Below are positions 29,501-42,613 of a stretch of DNA of 64,000 bases, in pieces. The notes under the pieces were generated by a model that worked only from the letters and a program-made list of their open reading frames with translations, ran no database searches and had not been told where the DNA came from. The stretch is from assembly GCA_965203295.1 (NCBI GenBank), contig CBDBCZ010000017.1, positions 1,248,001 to 1,312,000 of the forward strand. The letters run 5' to 3'. How positions within the stretch are numbered: the first letter of the stretch is position 1; each line of letters begins with the position of its first letter. This DNA is from Nitrospirales bacterium. Its GTDB lineage: Bacteria > Nitrospirota > Nitrospiria > Nitrospirales > UBA8639. Both the position numbers and the translations under genes were made by a program.

Positions 29501-30320
29501 TACTGCGCGGTATGCCAGATTCGGTTAGTGTGTGTGTAGTAGGAATCACACTTTCAGCTGTCCCATGCACGTACACTCAAGGAATAAAGCCTGAAGTGGG
29601 CATGTGTGTAAAGTACAGGCAAGAAATCTATCCCATGTAGTTATGTGATTAATCACTTTGAAATATCACTAGTTAAAAATTCATGCATTAGTGTAACGGT
29701 AGGACCCTGAGTATGGGTAATACAAGAAAAAAGTGCATGGTGTGTAGTTTGATTGGATTAATACAGTGTTAGATTTCCCAAAGGTACACACATGTGCGAT
29801 GATGTGGTTTCTCAAAGAGGACATTATGGTACATACTATGTGTCCATGTTGCACTGTATATATCTGTAGCGTAGTGACACAGTGAATGTAATATTCTCAC
29901 TTCTTTTGCTCAGGCAAGTATCCATCTGAAACAAACCGCGATGAAAAAATCAGCTTCCCCCTCACGCTGGCAATGGAGATACGAGTGCTGAAAAACAGCG
30001 ACACCCTCCTCTGTCCGGCCAGTATCACCGAAGCTGGCAAGAATCACGTCGCCTACATTGAAGTCCTGAGCATATCTGGCACCCCCGGGTACGAGGAATA
30101 CTTCACAGAAGTCGCCACGGCATGGAAGGAGCTGGGCGGGGTCCCTCACTGGCAGAAGCAGTGGACCTTTCTAAAGGACACGACCAATATATTCAAGTAC
30201 GTCCGTGAAAAGTACGGCCAAAATATTACAACGTTCATGGACGTCCACGACCAGCTACAGCTCGACCCCAAAGGCCTCTTCATGAACAATACCATGGCAC
30301 AAGTCTTTTGTCCTCCATGA
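23519..30320 (+). CDS. FAD-linked oxidase, GULO/ALO-like, copy B, complete, about 698 aa. Exons 23519-23890, 25340-25472, 25986-26128, 26641-26886, 27710-27763, 27871-28035, 28419-28540, 28889-29017, 29198-29523, 29914-30320
   Basis: ATG to TGA joins to 2097 nt in frame with GT-AG introns; same motifs as copy A. Confidence 0.88.
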
Positions 30321-32050
30321 GGTGATGAGGTGATACCGCCTCAACAAATTGCCCACTGAATAACTGATTCTTGCAATGCGCATTTACTATAGTGTTATGG
30401 ACCCATATTGGGTGTACGTACTGTACTGATTCTTGCAACATGGATTTAAATAGAGCATTGTGTACTAGATAGCGTAGTGCTTTGACTGTTTTAAAGTAGT
30501 AATTTGTACATTACAACCTTGAGTTTGTTTTTTTTTTTGCTATTATTTTAACTATACGACTATACGAAACAAATTTAAATACATGTATGCTGTATTTTGG
30601 TTAATAATTGCACACTTGAGCAACTTAAAAAGATGTTCTTGCAAATGCATGCATGTGGGCTAGCTTTAATTTGAGTGGTTGTATGGCTACACCTCTTGGA
30701 CTGCAGATGTGAATCCTCTGATAAAGGTTAAACAAAACAAGAATGTTCCCTACCTTCATGCAAGGGGGGTAGGGAACTTAAAATTATGTACTCTAAGCTA
30801 TTCTGTAACAGCAGTGCACGGCCTTCTATAAAATTTTTACAAGGTACTGAGCTTGATTTCCCACTTAGACGACGTTCAGTTTAATAACGGGGCATATATA
30901 CATCACATTCTTCATTTCAGCTGTTAGCAGCTCTCGTATGTTGCTAAAATATTAATAAATATAGGTATTAAGTGCATGTGCGAGCTCTTCCAGAAAGTGA
31001 TTAGACGTATAGATATAGTGTACTGAGCCCCATTGTGCCTTAATTCGCAGTGTGACTGGAAGTGTTTATGGAAAAGGTCCTCAATTGTATAACATTATAA
31101 AAGATACGAGATTTGGTTGCTGTTGTTGAAGAGGTGAGTAATACCTAATTCCCTCTCATGCATAAAAGCCCAGAGTTACATTAGATTCATGAAAAGCATA
31201 TCAACTGCAAAATGTATAACTATATATGCAGAGAAGTGTCTGCATGGGTCGGGGGAGCATGCATGAGTGCGCTGAGTCACAACAGAGTATGAGGTATAAG
31301 AACTCTATATAGTGAAAACCAGGCAACTACATATTAAGCACACTACATGCAATCTAACTGCATAATAGACTACATAAAAAAAATGTGAGACAACTCTGCA
31401 TGATTGGCACCGCAGACTGAATGACTGAACACTGAAAAAGCACTGCAAACTCATCACTCTACAATAATCAGTACTGTGACAGTAAAAACTCAAACTATTA
31501 GTCCCCCCCCCCCCCCAAAGTGCACAAAAAATCCTATTTGTACCGGTAGCAACATGTCTATACAACATAAGTCACACACAAAATGCCGGAAAATAATAAC
31601 AAACCAGTCCAATTGGCAGTTCGAGCTGTCACGCTGCAACTGAAATGTTAAATGGGCAAGTCTAACTTCTTCAATTCCTTCTGCAAGATGCGCTCAAGTA
31701 CAGCGAGAAACTCTTTCTTAAATAAATCTGCAATAATGGTGGAGATAGCCCCAGTAAACTTGCCTGCGATCCATCCTAGTTCCCCAAGACCATCGACCTT
31801 GACGGAAATGTCGGGATCAGCGGCGTTCAGGCTGTCCAGGTCAACCTTTGCCTTCCCGGTTTCATCCCTTTCCAAAGTCATCACCACACGTATATTGATG
31901 TCGCCGACTGTGAAGGTTATCTCAGGCCCTACATGAACGGGACCGAGCCAAGCTTTAGCACCAGCGCTTCCTTGTACATCTCCTTCAACCCCGATGTTGG
32001 CTGTCACTGTCAATTCGTCTATAGTTACAGGACCGGTGCGCTTTAAATGG
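23753..32050 (+). repeat. Segmental tandem duplication of 1-9874 (offset about 23750)
   Basis: Near-identical introns and exons, differing by TE insertions in copy A. Confidence 0.95.
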
Positions 32051-32325
32051 GATAGTCCATGGAGTACTGGAGCGTCAGCTTCAGCGCCACCCGAGACACC
32101 CAACTCCTCGAACGTGATCTTCGGACTTTCGGAGCTCTTCAGTGGGTCGAGTCCTTCCTTGACGATCAGCTTCTCGAGGGTTGGGAGAAAGAAGTCAAAA
32201 ACTTCGTCCAAGTTTCCTACAGTCCTGGGAGCTGTCTCATCCTCAGGCTCCGTCTGAGTCGTCTCGTCCACGATCGGCCGTCCGCGTCGACGTAGAAATC
32301 CACAACAACCGCAACACGTGTCCAT
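31648..32325 (-). CDS. Intronless 225-aa TULIP-superfamily (Grp7 allergen/Der p 7-like) putative lipid-binding protein with N-terminal Cys cluster
   Basis: Intact ORF; GLDPL and GLSHLKRTG motifs, beta-rich core and long C-terminal amphipathic helix. The family call comes from motif recall. Confidence 0.6.
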   Translation of the reverse strand: MDTCCGCCGFLRRRGRPIVDETTQTEPEDETAPRTVGNLDEVFDFFLPTLEKLIVKEGLDPLKSSESPKITFEELGVSGGAEADAPVLHGLSHLKRTGPVTIDELTVTANIGVEGDVQGSAGAKAWLGPVHVGPEITFTVGDINIRVVMTLERDETGKAKVDLDSLNAADPDISVKVDGLGELGWIAGKFTGAISTIIADLFKKEFLAVLERILQKELKKLDLPI

Positions 32326-32807
32326 AGCTACTTACAAGCTCAGTACAGTTTAATAGCTGAGTCTATTTTATAGCTAGTCAATAGCCTGTCTCTATCGGAG
32401 TAGCTAGCTAGCTATATACATCAGAAGAGTCTGTGTCGGCTAGTCTCGCAAGCCAGCCTGTTTAGCTACGTTCCGCTGCACTGATCGCTTAGGCTCGCAA
32501 GACTTGAGTATGGCTAAATCACATGTGCGTTGTGCAACAGTAGCTAGCAGTTACGTCATATTAATTTTGTTAAAAACTAAGACTTATTATAGCGACGAAT
32601 GCTATCGTTAACCTTCTGTTTAGAACTTGTCGAAGCCCCTAAATCGCCCGATATAGTGTTACTATGTGTGCCTGGTAAAGCACAGAGCGGTTTTATTCTG
32701 ATTATTAAGGATTATTAGGGTCGCCATTTTAATAAGTTTACTGCAGTGGACACGCCCATAATTTCGGGATATTCGTATCCGGATACGCGATAGCGAATCG
32801 AAGCATT

Positions 32808-33720
32808 TAATAATAATAATAATAATAATAATAAGGATTGTACAACACAATGGACAAGAGAAATGGTGGCAGGAATGTAGATGAACAGGCGTGAGTGTAC
32901 AGTGTTGAAGGCTTAACACCAAGTGCTGGCGCAGCCCAGAAGTTAAGTACAAACTAAATTATATTAATTAAGGCTAAGAGTTTGTGGTGATTGAGTAACA
33001 CATTGAACATGGGCATACAGAGTGGTAAGTACATACATTTGTTGAGTCGAAATGGTGAATGAAATGGCTCCATAGACGATCATAAATGTGATATTTAATG
33101 GTGACAAGCGAGAGAGATAAATCCAGGTTTGGCATAGAGTTCCAAAGTCTTACAAAGTCTGAAGTAAAAGTGACGAGTAGTGGATGTGCGGTGATACTTG
33201 TGACGTAGTTTTTTGGCACTGGCAGAACGGGTAGACGATGAAACGAACGAGACATAGTCCAGAATGTTGAAATTGTCTGAAGGATACTTTTAGTGATTTC
33301 ACAAAAAAGGTTATGTCTTGTAATTCAAGCCAATACATTAGTGGCAGTAGATTGAGGGGCACGAGACGAGATTTGTAGTCTGAAGTATAGTCTTGAAGGA
33401 TGTATTTGGTGGATCTCCGCTGGATTTGTTCTAGAGAGAGAATGTCTTTGGCCAAGTGGGGTCTCCACAATTGGGAACAGTATACCAAATGAGAGCGGAC
33501 AAGAGATAAATAGAGCTGTTTTCGTAGACTAGTTGATGAAGATGGAGACACTGAACGTCGGATGAGGTGAAGGGAACGGTATGCCTTGGAGCACATAGCG
33601 CTGATGTGGTTTGACCACGATAATTTGCTGTCCACTAGAATACCTAGGTCACGATGTTGGTTTGAGAATTTTGTTGGTATACCGTTTATAGAATAAAGTG
33701 TGGTGATTTAAACAGAAGTA
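32808..33720 (-). mobile_element. 5'-truncated, decayed CR1/L2-like LINE 3' end
   Basis: RDLGILVDSKLSWSNHI...LYLSLVRSHLVYCSQLWRP...QRRSTKYIL (RT thumb region), frameshift and (TTA)n tail. Confidence 0.85.
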
Positions 33721-33865
33721 ATCAAGCACTCCGACGGCATTTGACATAGCTAATGAACCAGTTTCATGGATGCAAAACTGGATCAGGAACCAATGTATTA
33801 AAAATAAATTGAGCAACCTCTGAAGATGTTCCTGTTTAGGTTCATTGGTTTACTTCTTGGACCGG

Positions 33866-34153
<288 letters not shown>

Positions 34154-34935
34154 CCGAAACACTTCTTATAACCTTCGTATATTTTGGAAGGCACACAAGT
34201 TTAAGCTGACTAATTGTACGTATTCTGATATGTACACTCCATAATGGAAACTAGGAACTTGAACTATTTTGTTCATAATTGATCTTGGTGAAAAATAGTT
34301 GAAGTTTAGCTCCTACTCCTACTACTTATTCTTTTCTTTTGGGTGAACACTTTTAATTAATTAATCAATCCCTTGGCATAAACGTTGATAGAAATGGATA
34401 ATCATATGTCCTTTCCCCCACGTACCCTTTAAAATTTTATCTTCAGCAAAAATAGTTTGAGATGCACCATGATGAACACAATTGACACAAGGTAGTGCAG
34501 AGGAGGCATGTCAGAGCTCAAATTGCGCATTTACATCATAGCTACGTATTACCAACATGAGCGCACAAGTCTCGCTACTTTCACCGGCTGAGATTCATGA
34601 TCAACTGCTCAAAAGGACTTCTGCTTTTCGAAGACGAATATCATGCAACTGTGTGACGGGGCTGAACGTCAAGGGTATATAGTGGTGAGCCACTCAACAG
34701 AAGTACGGTGCGTAGATGCCTTGATTGAATGAAAATAAAAAGTACTGCTTTTAATACACATTAATTGGATAGCGTCTCGAAAAGAAAATGCACAATGCAC
34801 AAAACCTTCTCTTCCAGAAAAATCACTTGATATACCTGTCGCTCATGTGATTAGTTAGACTCTTGCACGTGACATTGACATACCTCCTCTGCTGGTAAAG
34901 AATAATATAGTGCATGCTATTTATAATTAACGTCC

Positions 34936-37900
34936 TCATGTTGTGGATGTTGATTCCTCTTCTTCACTCTGCTCCCAAGGTTCCAATCTCTAAAAGAGGG
35001 TGCAAGTTTCTAATCCAATGATACAGTGGAACCCCTCTTGAAGGACACCCTCGAAATAAGGGCATCTCTGTATTAAGGAGACTTTGCTATGTTCCAAGTA
35101 CACCTTCTTAACAGAAATTTACCCCAGAAAATGAGGACACCTCTCTTTACAGGACACTTTACCAGGTCCCCCAAGTGTCCACACTAGAGGGGTTCCATGC
35201 ACTGTACTGAGTTGATGGAAGTTCCATTGTGGCATAAGAGTATGATATTGCAGTGTATTGCATACTTCTATACTGCTGTCAGATGCATGCATGCAATGCC
35301 ATGGCATAGGAGTATGATATTGCAGTGTATAATGCATGCAATGCCATGCAGTGGCATCAACTAGTCTTACATATATATATATTTTACATGTGCCAGGTGT
35401 AATTCATGAATGAAGTCTTCCTAGAAGTTGACAGTAACTGTCTTTAGGACAAAAGGTAGAGTTAGTACAAAAATAGCTGGAGCTTGTTTGACATTCGTTG
35501 GGTAACATGCATGCATCCTTCAATAAACAATATTAATCATATGGGCACGCCCACTCTTGAATCCCCACTGGCATGGAAAACCCGGCCCCTCAGAAATCAT
35601 TGGAGACCAGAGTAGAACTGGGCCTCAACATTGCACTTCCACCATTGACCATTAGTAGCCGACAGCTGCTAGCAAGCTCACCAAGTACAGTACGCTGGTA
35701 TAGCATCAGGCACGTACATGTTTGAACATATTAATGCATACCATTTAAGGAAAAGGAATAACTGAACATTAGCTCAGGTGATATAGCCCACATGTTGCAA
35801 TCAATGACCTTGATGTGCTTAATAACAAACCAAACAACTGTATCTACATGTATATTGATAGAGTATCTCGTGATTAGTATCTATATTGACGTATGTTTGG
35901 AATATCCATTGTACATGATTAGAATGACTTACGTTAGATTCCAAGTACAGAACCTTCAGCAGGTACATAACATAGTCGCGATTTTGGCTCCTTCTGGGAC
36001 ATCTAAGCAAAACAAAGAAAGTGTCCTAGTTTATATCATTTCATGATCACTGGCCTACGTAATCATAAATTCAGTCCCAAGCACTCCCTAAATGATCATT
36101 TTTGTTTTCTCTTATTTTGTACTGTGGCATAGTCTGCATCTCCTGGAACAGTACCACACAAGCATGCATGTACAATGTCATGCAGGGTTTGTAAGCATGT
36201 TATGAATCATGCATACAAGCATATCATGTTAAGGGCCTAATTACATATAGCTATGCCATTTCTAGCTAACAATTGGAACATTGCACAAGTCTCTAAAGCT
36301 CTATCTGTGTATCCTTTGTGTCTGGAAGCTGCCTATGACTAGTCTCGCGGGCCAGACCAACTTTTCGCCGAGGGAAAAGTATAGTCTGGTCACCCGCTTA
36401 TCACGTTTTTGTGCATGGTATTTACAATTATTTGTATGTCACGTAGTTTGAATGCTAATTGGTGACGTCACAGGCGAACACGAACCGGTCTTACACGGCT
36501 TGCTCTCGTTCTTTTCGAAGCCTGGTAGAGGCCAGTTTCAGACAACCAGCCCGAATCGCTCAGTTAACAGCGAAGTCTGCAGCTAGCTAGGGCGCTACCG
36601 GGAACGAATTGTCGTTGTACGTGACGTCACGCGTTTAATTGCAAAAGAACAATGCACCAGCATTCCGGCGCACTTGCACCAAAATGGAATAAGCGGATGG
36701 CCAGACTTACTTTTCCCACGGAGGTGGCGAAAAGTTAGTCTGGCCCGCGAGACTAGCCTATGACTGTGTACAGTCTGCCAGATACTGTATACAAGCTGCC
36801 AGATACTGTGTACAGTCTGCCAGATACTGTATACAAGCTGTCTATCTTTGTGTGAAAATCAGAACTCTCAGCTAAGTCACTTATCTTGTTCCCAGGCTCC
36901 ACTGCATGCCTTTTCTCTTCTTGTAGAAATATGAACTTAATTGTGTTTTTTATTGCATGCTGAATATATCAGGAAGCTACCAGCAGTTTAACTACTACTT
37001 ATAACCTGTATACAAAAACAGTATTTTATACATTCGCAATAAAAGAACGAAGTAATTAGAAGGTTGGAAACACTGCAATGATATACCTACCGTTTTCCCA
37101 CGAGCTGAATGGTGTCAGTGCTGGGATCATACCGCTGTCCTGCCAGCTCGATCATCTTACTCCTGGCACGAGGCGTGAGGGTCAAATCTCTCAGATTAAA
37201 CTGTAGCCAAATGAAGCATACGATACCAATAGAACCACTACACACTTTTTATGCAAGTTACCCAATGTAAATTTATGCAAGGCTTACAGCAGAGCTTATA
37301 GAGTTTCTACAGTGCACAACCAACTGAGCTTACAGTATAAGTGCTGGCTCTAACATTTCATAATTCACTTCAAGTTGACAGCTATGTATAAGTCAAAGGA
37401 ACTACTCAGGCTCTCTCTCTTTCTCTGCCCCGCCCACACCGGAAGCAGAGGTACGTATGAAGGAGCAAGAGAAGAATGGAAAGAGCCTGGCTCGAATTGA
37501 ACATGTGCCTGGTCAATAACCAAGTTGCTACCCAGATGAAAGAGAATGGTAGTAGTGGCTAGTAGCTATAACTTGTGAAAACATGGCTGCCTACTACTCA
37601 GTTTTTTCGCACTGTGTGAAGAAAAATGCCGTAGAATGCAAGCTGGCTGCCTACCACTTGTTGCCATTGTAGGCAACACACAAAAAAAGCTAAATTTATC
37701 TGCTGTAGCTAAATTTGGCTCAAATGATACGGGCACTGTCCACTGCCTGTAACGAATGCTTCTGCAGATGCCTCTGGAGAAAGAAATTGGACACTAGTAG
37801 ACTACAACTACATAGCTCGTAAAATGTGATGGAAATTGGCCAATCTGCTAATCAAAACCCAAAGATTGGCGTAGAACTTGAAGACATGTAACCATCAGCT

Positions 37901-40900
37901 ATTGTTTGAAGCAAACTGAGCAAAACTGAGCAACTGACCTTCAGTGTCACCTTCGTGGCTCCGGGATGCCTGACTGAGTGTCCAGGAAACACGTAGTTCC
38001 TGGTCTCAATCCTCAAGGGGAGGAAGGGCAGTCTCTCAGGCCAGGAATTGCACAGTGCTATGGGTTGATGGACAGACAGCAGTTGCTAGTATAGGCCCTG
38101 GCTTCCCCCAAACCTTATACCCAGGTCACATACCCAGGTCTCCCCCAAACCTCATACCCAGGCTGCATACCCAGGTCTCTCCCCACCCTCATTCCCAGGC
38201 CTCCTCTAGCCTCATTCCCAAGCCTCCCCTAGTCACATACCCTCATACCCAAATCTTTCCAAACATCATACCAAGGTCTTGCCAGGCCTCATACCAAGGT
38301 CTCTCCTAACCTCATACCCATGACTCCCCTAGCCTCATACCCATGACTCCCCTAGCCTCATACCCATGCAGGTCTTTTATTTAGCCTAGCCTCACACCAA
38401 GGTCTCTTCTAACCTCATGCACACCATTACTCCCCTAGCCTCATACACAGGTTTTCAAAACCCTGATTTATATCTCGTGATCTGAACAGTGGCTGGTTGT
38501 ATATGCATGAGATGGAACTTTGACTGTAGTCTCGTGCCCAGCCCCACTTCAGAAAGGTGGGTCTAGCTCCCCGTGTATTCAAAGTTGGGTTAGCATAACA
38601 TCACCAAACGGCTGTCACAGCTGCAGTGTCCACGTGGCCACTAGTATGGATATCCGGATACTGCAACCGTTTAGTGATGTAATACTACAATCAACCAATC
38701 ACATTGCCGGTCCAGATCTGGGACCGCTGACGTAATGCTGCCCCAACTTTGAATATACAGGGTGCCAGACCCACCTTTCTAACGTGGGGCTGGGCACGAG
38801 ACTACGTTGACTGATGATACGCTTGCCCTTGTAGGAGAAGGACTGCGGTTCACTGCAGGGATACTCACGTTTGAGGGCCTCACAGTGCTTGAGGATGGCC
38901 GGGGGCGTCAGGTGAAAGAAGTTGGGAATCTGAGGAGATGGAACAAGATGATCAACTAGACGCAAGATTCACTTGAGATAAGGAAAGGAATTACCGTTTA
39001 GCGCTTAAATTTGGCGGGTCTAGAAATTTGTGAAATTTAAGACCCGCGAAATTTAAGCACTATACGGTATGCCCGGGATAGAACATAATATAGTACTCTT
39101 CAAGTAACAAGTGATGACTGCTGCAGATGCATGTATACGTGTATTGTATACACACATACACACATCTGCATGTGGCGCAGGCGTGGGACTCAGTTGCAAG
39201 TACCAGGCGTACACTCTCCTCACAATCTATTTAGTGGCAGTACTTTACGTTACGTTATGTTCACAGAGTTCAAAGATCGATAATAATCACACGTGCGCTT
39301 ATACCAGTGGGCATATACACAGAAACCACTTGCGAGCATACACTCTACACCCTCCCTTCAATTTTACCCTTCCAATGTACATGGCAATACGGTACATGCA
39401 TGACATGTGTGATTATTATCAATCTTAGTTACAAAGTACGTATGTGCCAGATAGAAGTGGGTGAGACATCGTCAAGTACAGCCACATTTTCTAACTCAAC
39501 TACATATTTTCTAACTCAACTACATATGTATGTTTACCAAGACAACTATCATCGGAGGACTTCATTTCTTCCAAGCCAGTGTGGACATTGTATTTACGAG
39601 AACAGCCCACGCTAGCTACGCTGTATACGGAGGAGGGTGTACACCAGATACTGCACTGTGTGTCCACTGAAATGGAGAGGGGAGATATTGCACACCTTCA
39701 TGAGCTCCAAGTTCCCGATGGCAGGCGGGGGCACGATGCCGCTGTCACTCGCATTCTCCGCCCGACCTCTGTCCGGCCGACCCATCCTCAGCGGGATGGG
39801 GATGAGGTAAGGGTCGAAGGATTGGGCGACGTGGTACACTGAGGACCAGGGAGCATCTGGGTTCACTTCTCGGGGCTAGAGGAGAAGGGGGAGGGGGGAG
39901 GGAGGAGGGAGGGGAGGAAGGGGCAGACCACATGAAAAATAGCTGGAAATGAATTTGTTCTGTGTCGCAGGTATTGCTGTGGCAGGAAATTACAGCAACA
40001 ACCATGTACACAAGAATGAAAGAATCTCATTTATGGCAGAATTAACAGCAATGTTCCCAGACCACTTGTATTCCCGTGTGGTCTGGGCATGAGACTAGGA
40101 GGAGAGAGTAGTATCTAATATGTGGTCTGGACACGAGACTAGGAGGAGAGAGTGGTATCTATTATGTGGTGTGGGCACGAGACTAGTAGGAGAGAGTAGT
40201 ATCTAATGTGTGATCTGGGCATGATACTAGGAGGAGAGAGTAGTATCTAATATGTGGTCTGGGCACGAGACTAGTAGGAGAGAGTGGTTTCTAATGTGTG
40301 ATCTGGGCACGATACTAGGAGGAGAGAGTGGTATCTAATGTGTGGTCTGGGCACGAGACTAGGAGGAGAGAGTGGTATCTAATGTGTGGTCTGGGCACGA
40401 GACTTGGAAGAGAGAGTGGTATCTAATATGTGGTCTGGGCACGAGACTAGGAGGAGAGAGTGGTATCTAATATGTGGTCTGGGCACGAGACTAGGAAGAG
40501 AGAGTAGTATCTAATGTGTGGTCTGGGCACGAGACTAGTAGGAGAGAGAGGTATCTAATGTGTGGTCTGGGCACGAGACTTGGAAGAGAGAGTGGTATCT
40601 AATATGTGGTCTGGGCACGAGACTAGGAGGAGAGAGTGGTATCTAATATGTGGTCTGGGTACGAGACTAGGAGGAGAGAGTGGTATCTAATGTGTGGTCT
40701 GGGCACGAGACTAGTAGGAGAGAGAGGTATCTAATGTGTGGTCTGGGCACGAGACTTGGAAGAGAGAGTGGTATCTAATGTGTGGTCTGGGCACGAGACT
40801 AGGAGGAGAGAGTGGTATCTAATATATATGCCTACACAACATCATTCCCTGGCTCCCAGTGACAAAAATTGAAGTTTTATGGGGGGGGGGGTTTAGCCTA

Positions 40901-42307
40901 CTAGACTAAGAGTACTGAGCATAGATATTATACTGTTATCTATTGCTGGAGTGAGACCAAGATGATTCATGTTGATTAGAGTTCTTTTTCTACCAACCAC
41001 GAATTGGCTTCACAGGGCATTTGATGATGAAATCTGTGAAGCCAATTCGTGGTTGGTAGAAAGAGAACTCCTATCAACATGAGAACCAACCGAGAACCGA
41101 GATCCTCTTATGAAATCCTGAAGACTACAAATATTTCCTGTTTAATTGGGGCGAGCGTGAGTGAGCCCCCCCTTAGTGCTGCGAATGGCAATTTTGTCTG
41201 TCCGTCCGTCCGTACAGATGCATGGTCCTTTATACCGCAAATACTTCAAATACCTAATTCAACGGCATGCCCTCGCTCACGCTCGCCCCACAATGCTCTG
41301 CATTCAGTAATATTACAAACGTATGTAGCATCAGGATAGAATCTGAGAATGTCCAATGGTTAACAACACAGCATCAGTAGCAAAGTACGCACCTTCCAAG
41401 GAACCCACGTGATGGACTGCTTCTTCCTCCTTCTGCCCTGAGGCCTCGGCCTACCAGGGACACCTCTCTTACCTGCTGGGAAATTTAGATAGTTACATGT
41501 ACATATATACCTCTATAGCAGATATGACGTAATAATGATGTATATCTTTGTTTTGTTTTTTATTTGCCTAACTAATCAACTACAGCACTGAGGCTGGAAA
41601 ATGGCCCGAGAGGATAGGAAATCACGCGGCAGGGGCAAAGGAATCTGTCTAGCTGGTTCGATTTTGGCCATACCACTTTTAGCGATAGTCAATAGCTTTT
41701 GCATGTAAATATCTATATATGGTTGCCTGCATTACTATACTAGTACTGGTGCGTCGCTGCTCCTTGTAGTGACAAAGCAGCTTCATATGAGCTGCTTCCT
41801 TATAACTAATACCGGCTTTCGGCACTAGACTTGTACCCAGGCACTCCTGCACATTTCCGGTGCATTCTATCAAAAAACACACCGGAAGTGTGCAGGAGTG
41901 CCTAGACCTACTTCTCCCGCCGAGATACTGCCAAGGTGGGTAGAAGTTGGGGTTAGCTAGCTAGTCTAGTGCACTGTTTTGAGTTAATAGAAGGTTACAA
42001 AACCAGAAGAAGCTGTACAGTGTGTTCGCATTTTTGGCGGACACCGAGATGGGACTGAATCCTCTCCCTCTCCCGTCTTAATAACAATAATTTCAGCACG
42101 TAGTTTTCAAATTGAAAGATTGCAGCAGCCTTTTACTTCAAAGCGGGCATTAAATAAAATCATCTGCCGACAATCGTCAACAGGCATGACTCCTGTACCT
42201 TGCTCTTTTTTGCTCAAGGAAGCTGAGCTGGAAAACGCTGCACAGGACTCCCAGCATCCTAGGGACGGGGCCAAACTCCGTCTCAGCACAGTTCGACAGG
42301 AGGCCAT
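34936..42307 (-). CDS. MRPS35: Mitochondrial small-subunit ribosomal protein mS35. Exons 42307-42199, 41475-41393, 39875-39696, 38929-38869, 38057-37939, 37200-37091, 36002-35933, 34989-34936
   Basis: Spliced product contains WSSVY...[40 protein letters not shown] and RCPRRSQNRDYVMYLLKVLYLES; Arg/Ser-rich transit-peptide-like N-terminus. Confidence 0.93.
36340..36755. mobile_element. AcademH-like MITE (second family). Shorter relatives at 42977-43669, 53615-53696, 56045-56134 and 56181-56252
   Basis: TAGTCTCGCGGGCCAGAC TIRs with perfect 9-bp TSD GCCTATGAC; the 56045 copy has GAGTTTCAC/GGGTTTCAC. Confidence 0.8.
38105..38455. repeat. Degenerate minisatellite of about 24 bp (TAGCCTCATACCCAGG-based) in an MRPS35 intron
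   Basis: Recurrent CCTCATACCCA core. Confidence 0.75.
40077..40825. repeat. 44-bp minisatellite, about 17 copies, in MRPS35 intron 2
   Basis: Unit GTCTGGGCACGAGACTAGGAGGAGAGAGTGGTATCTAATGTGTG. Confidence 0.95.
41141..41312 (+). mobile_element. Helentron-associated HINE-like short element
   Basis: Subterminal IRs GGGGCGAGCGTGAG / CTCACGCTCGCCCC, internal (GTCC)n and 3' hairpin AATGCTCTGCATT. Confidence 0.6.
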
Positions 42308-42613
42308 GGTGACTAACCTTTGACCTCACGTGGGACAGATGCGCGCGTCGGCTAACCTCCGGACGGAAATCTAAAACTCTGGCCGGCCGGCCGGCTACAC
42401 GAGGATGACGTAACTTGAATTGCGTCATGGCATACTAAATATACATATATACAGCGCGCATGACCTCACGTCTATTAGTCTGCGCGTGGCAATCAGATGA
42501 TCAATTCCGCCGAAAAATCGTCTGGCCCGCGAGACTACATAGATACTATGACGTAGTAATCAAGAAGTAAACAATACTCAATAGTCGCTGCTAGTCTCTA
42601 GAGCTTCAGAATC
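42308..42613. promoter_or_regulatory. Probable bidirectional promoter for MRPS35 and the TBC1D15-like gene
   Basis: 306 bp between divergent ATGs; CpG-rich; contains CACGTG, CGGAA and TGACGTA motifs. Confidence 0.6.

Noticed and set aside
40077..40825. CRISPR-like array
   Set aside because: No unique spacers (whole units repeat), no cas genes, and it lies in a eukaryotic intron.
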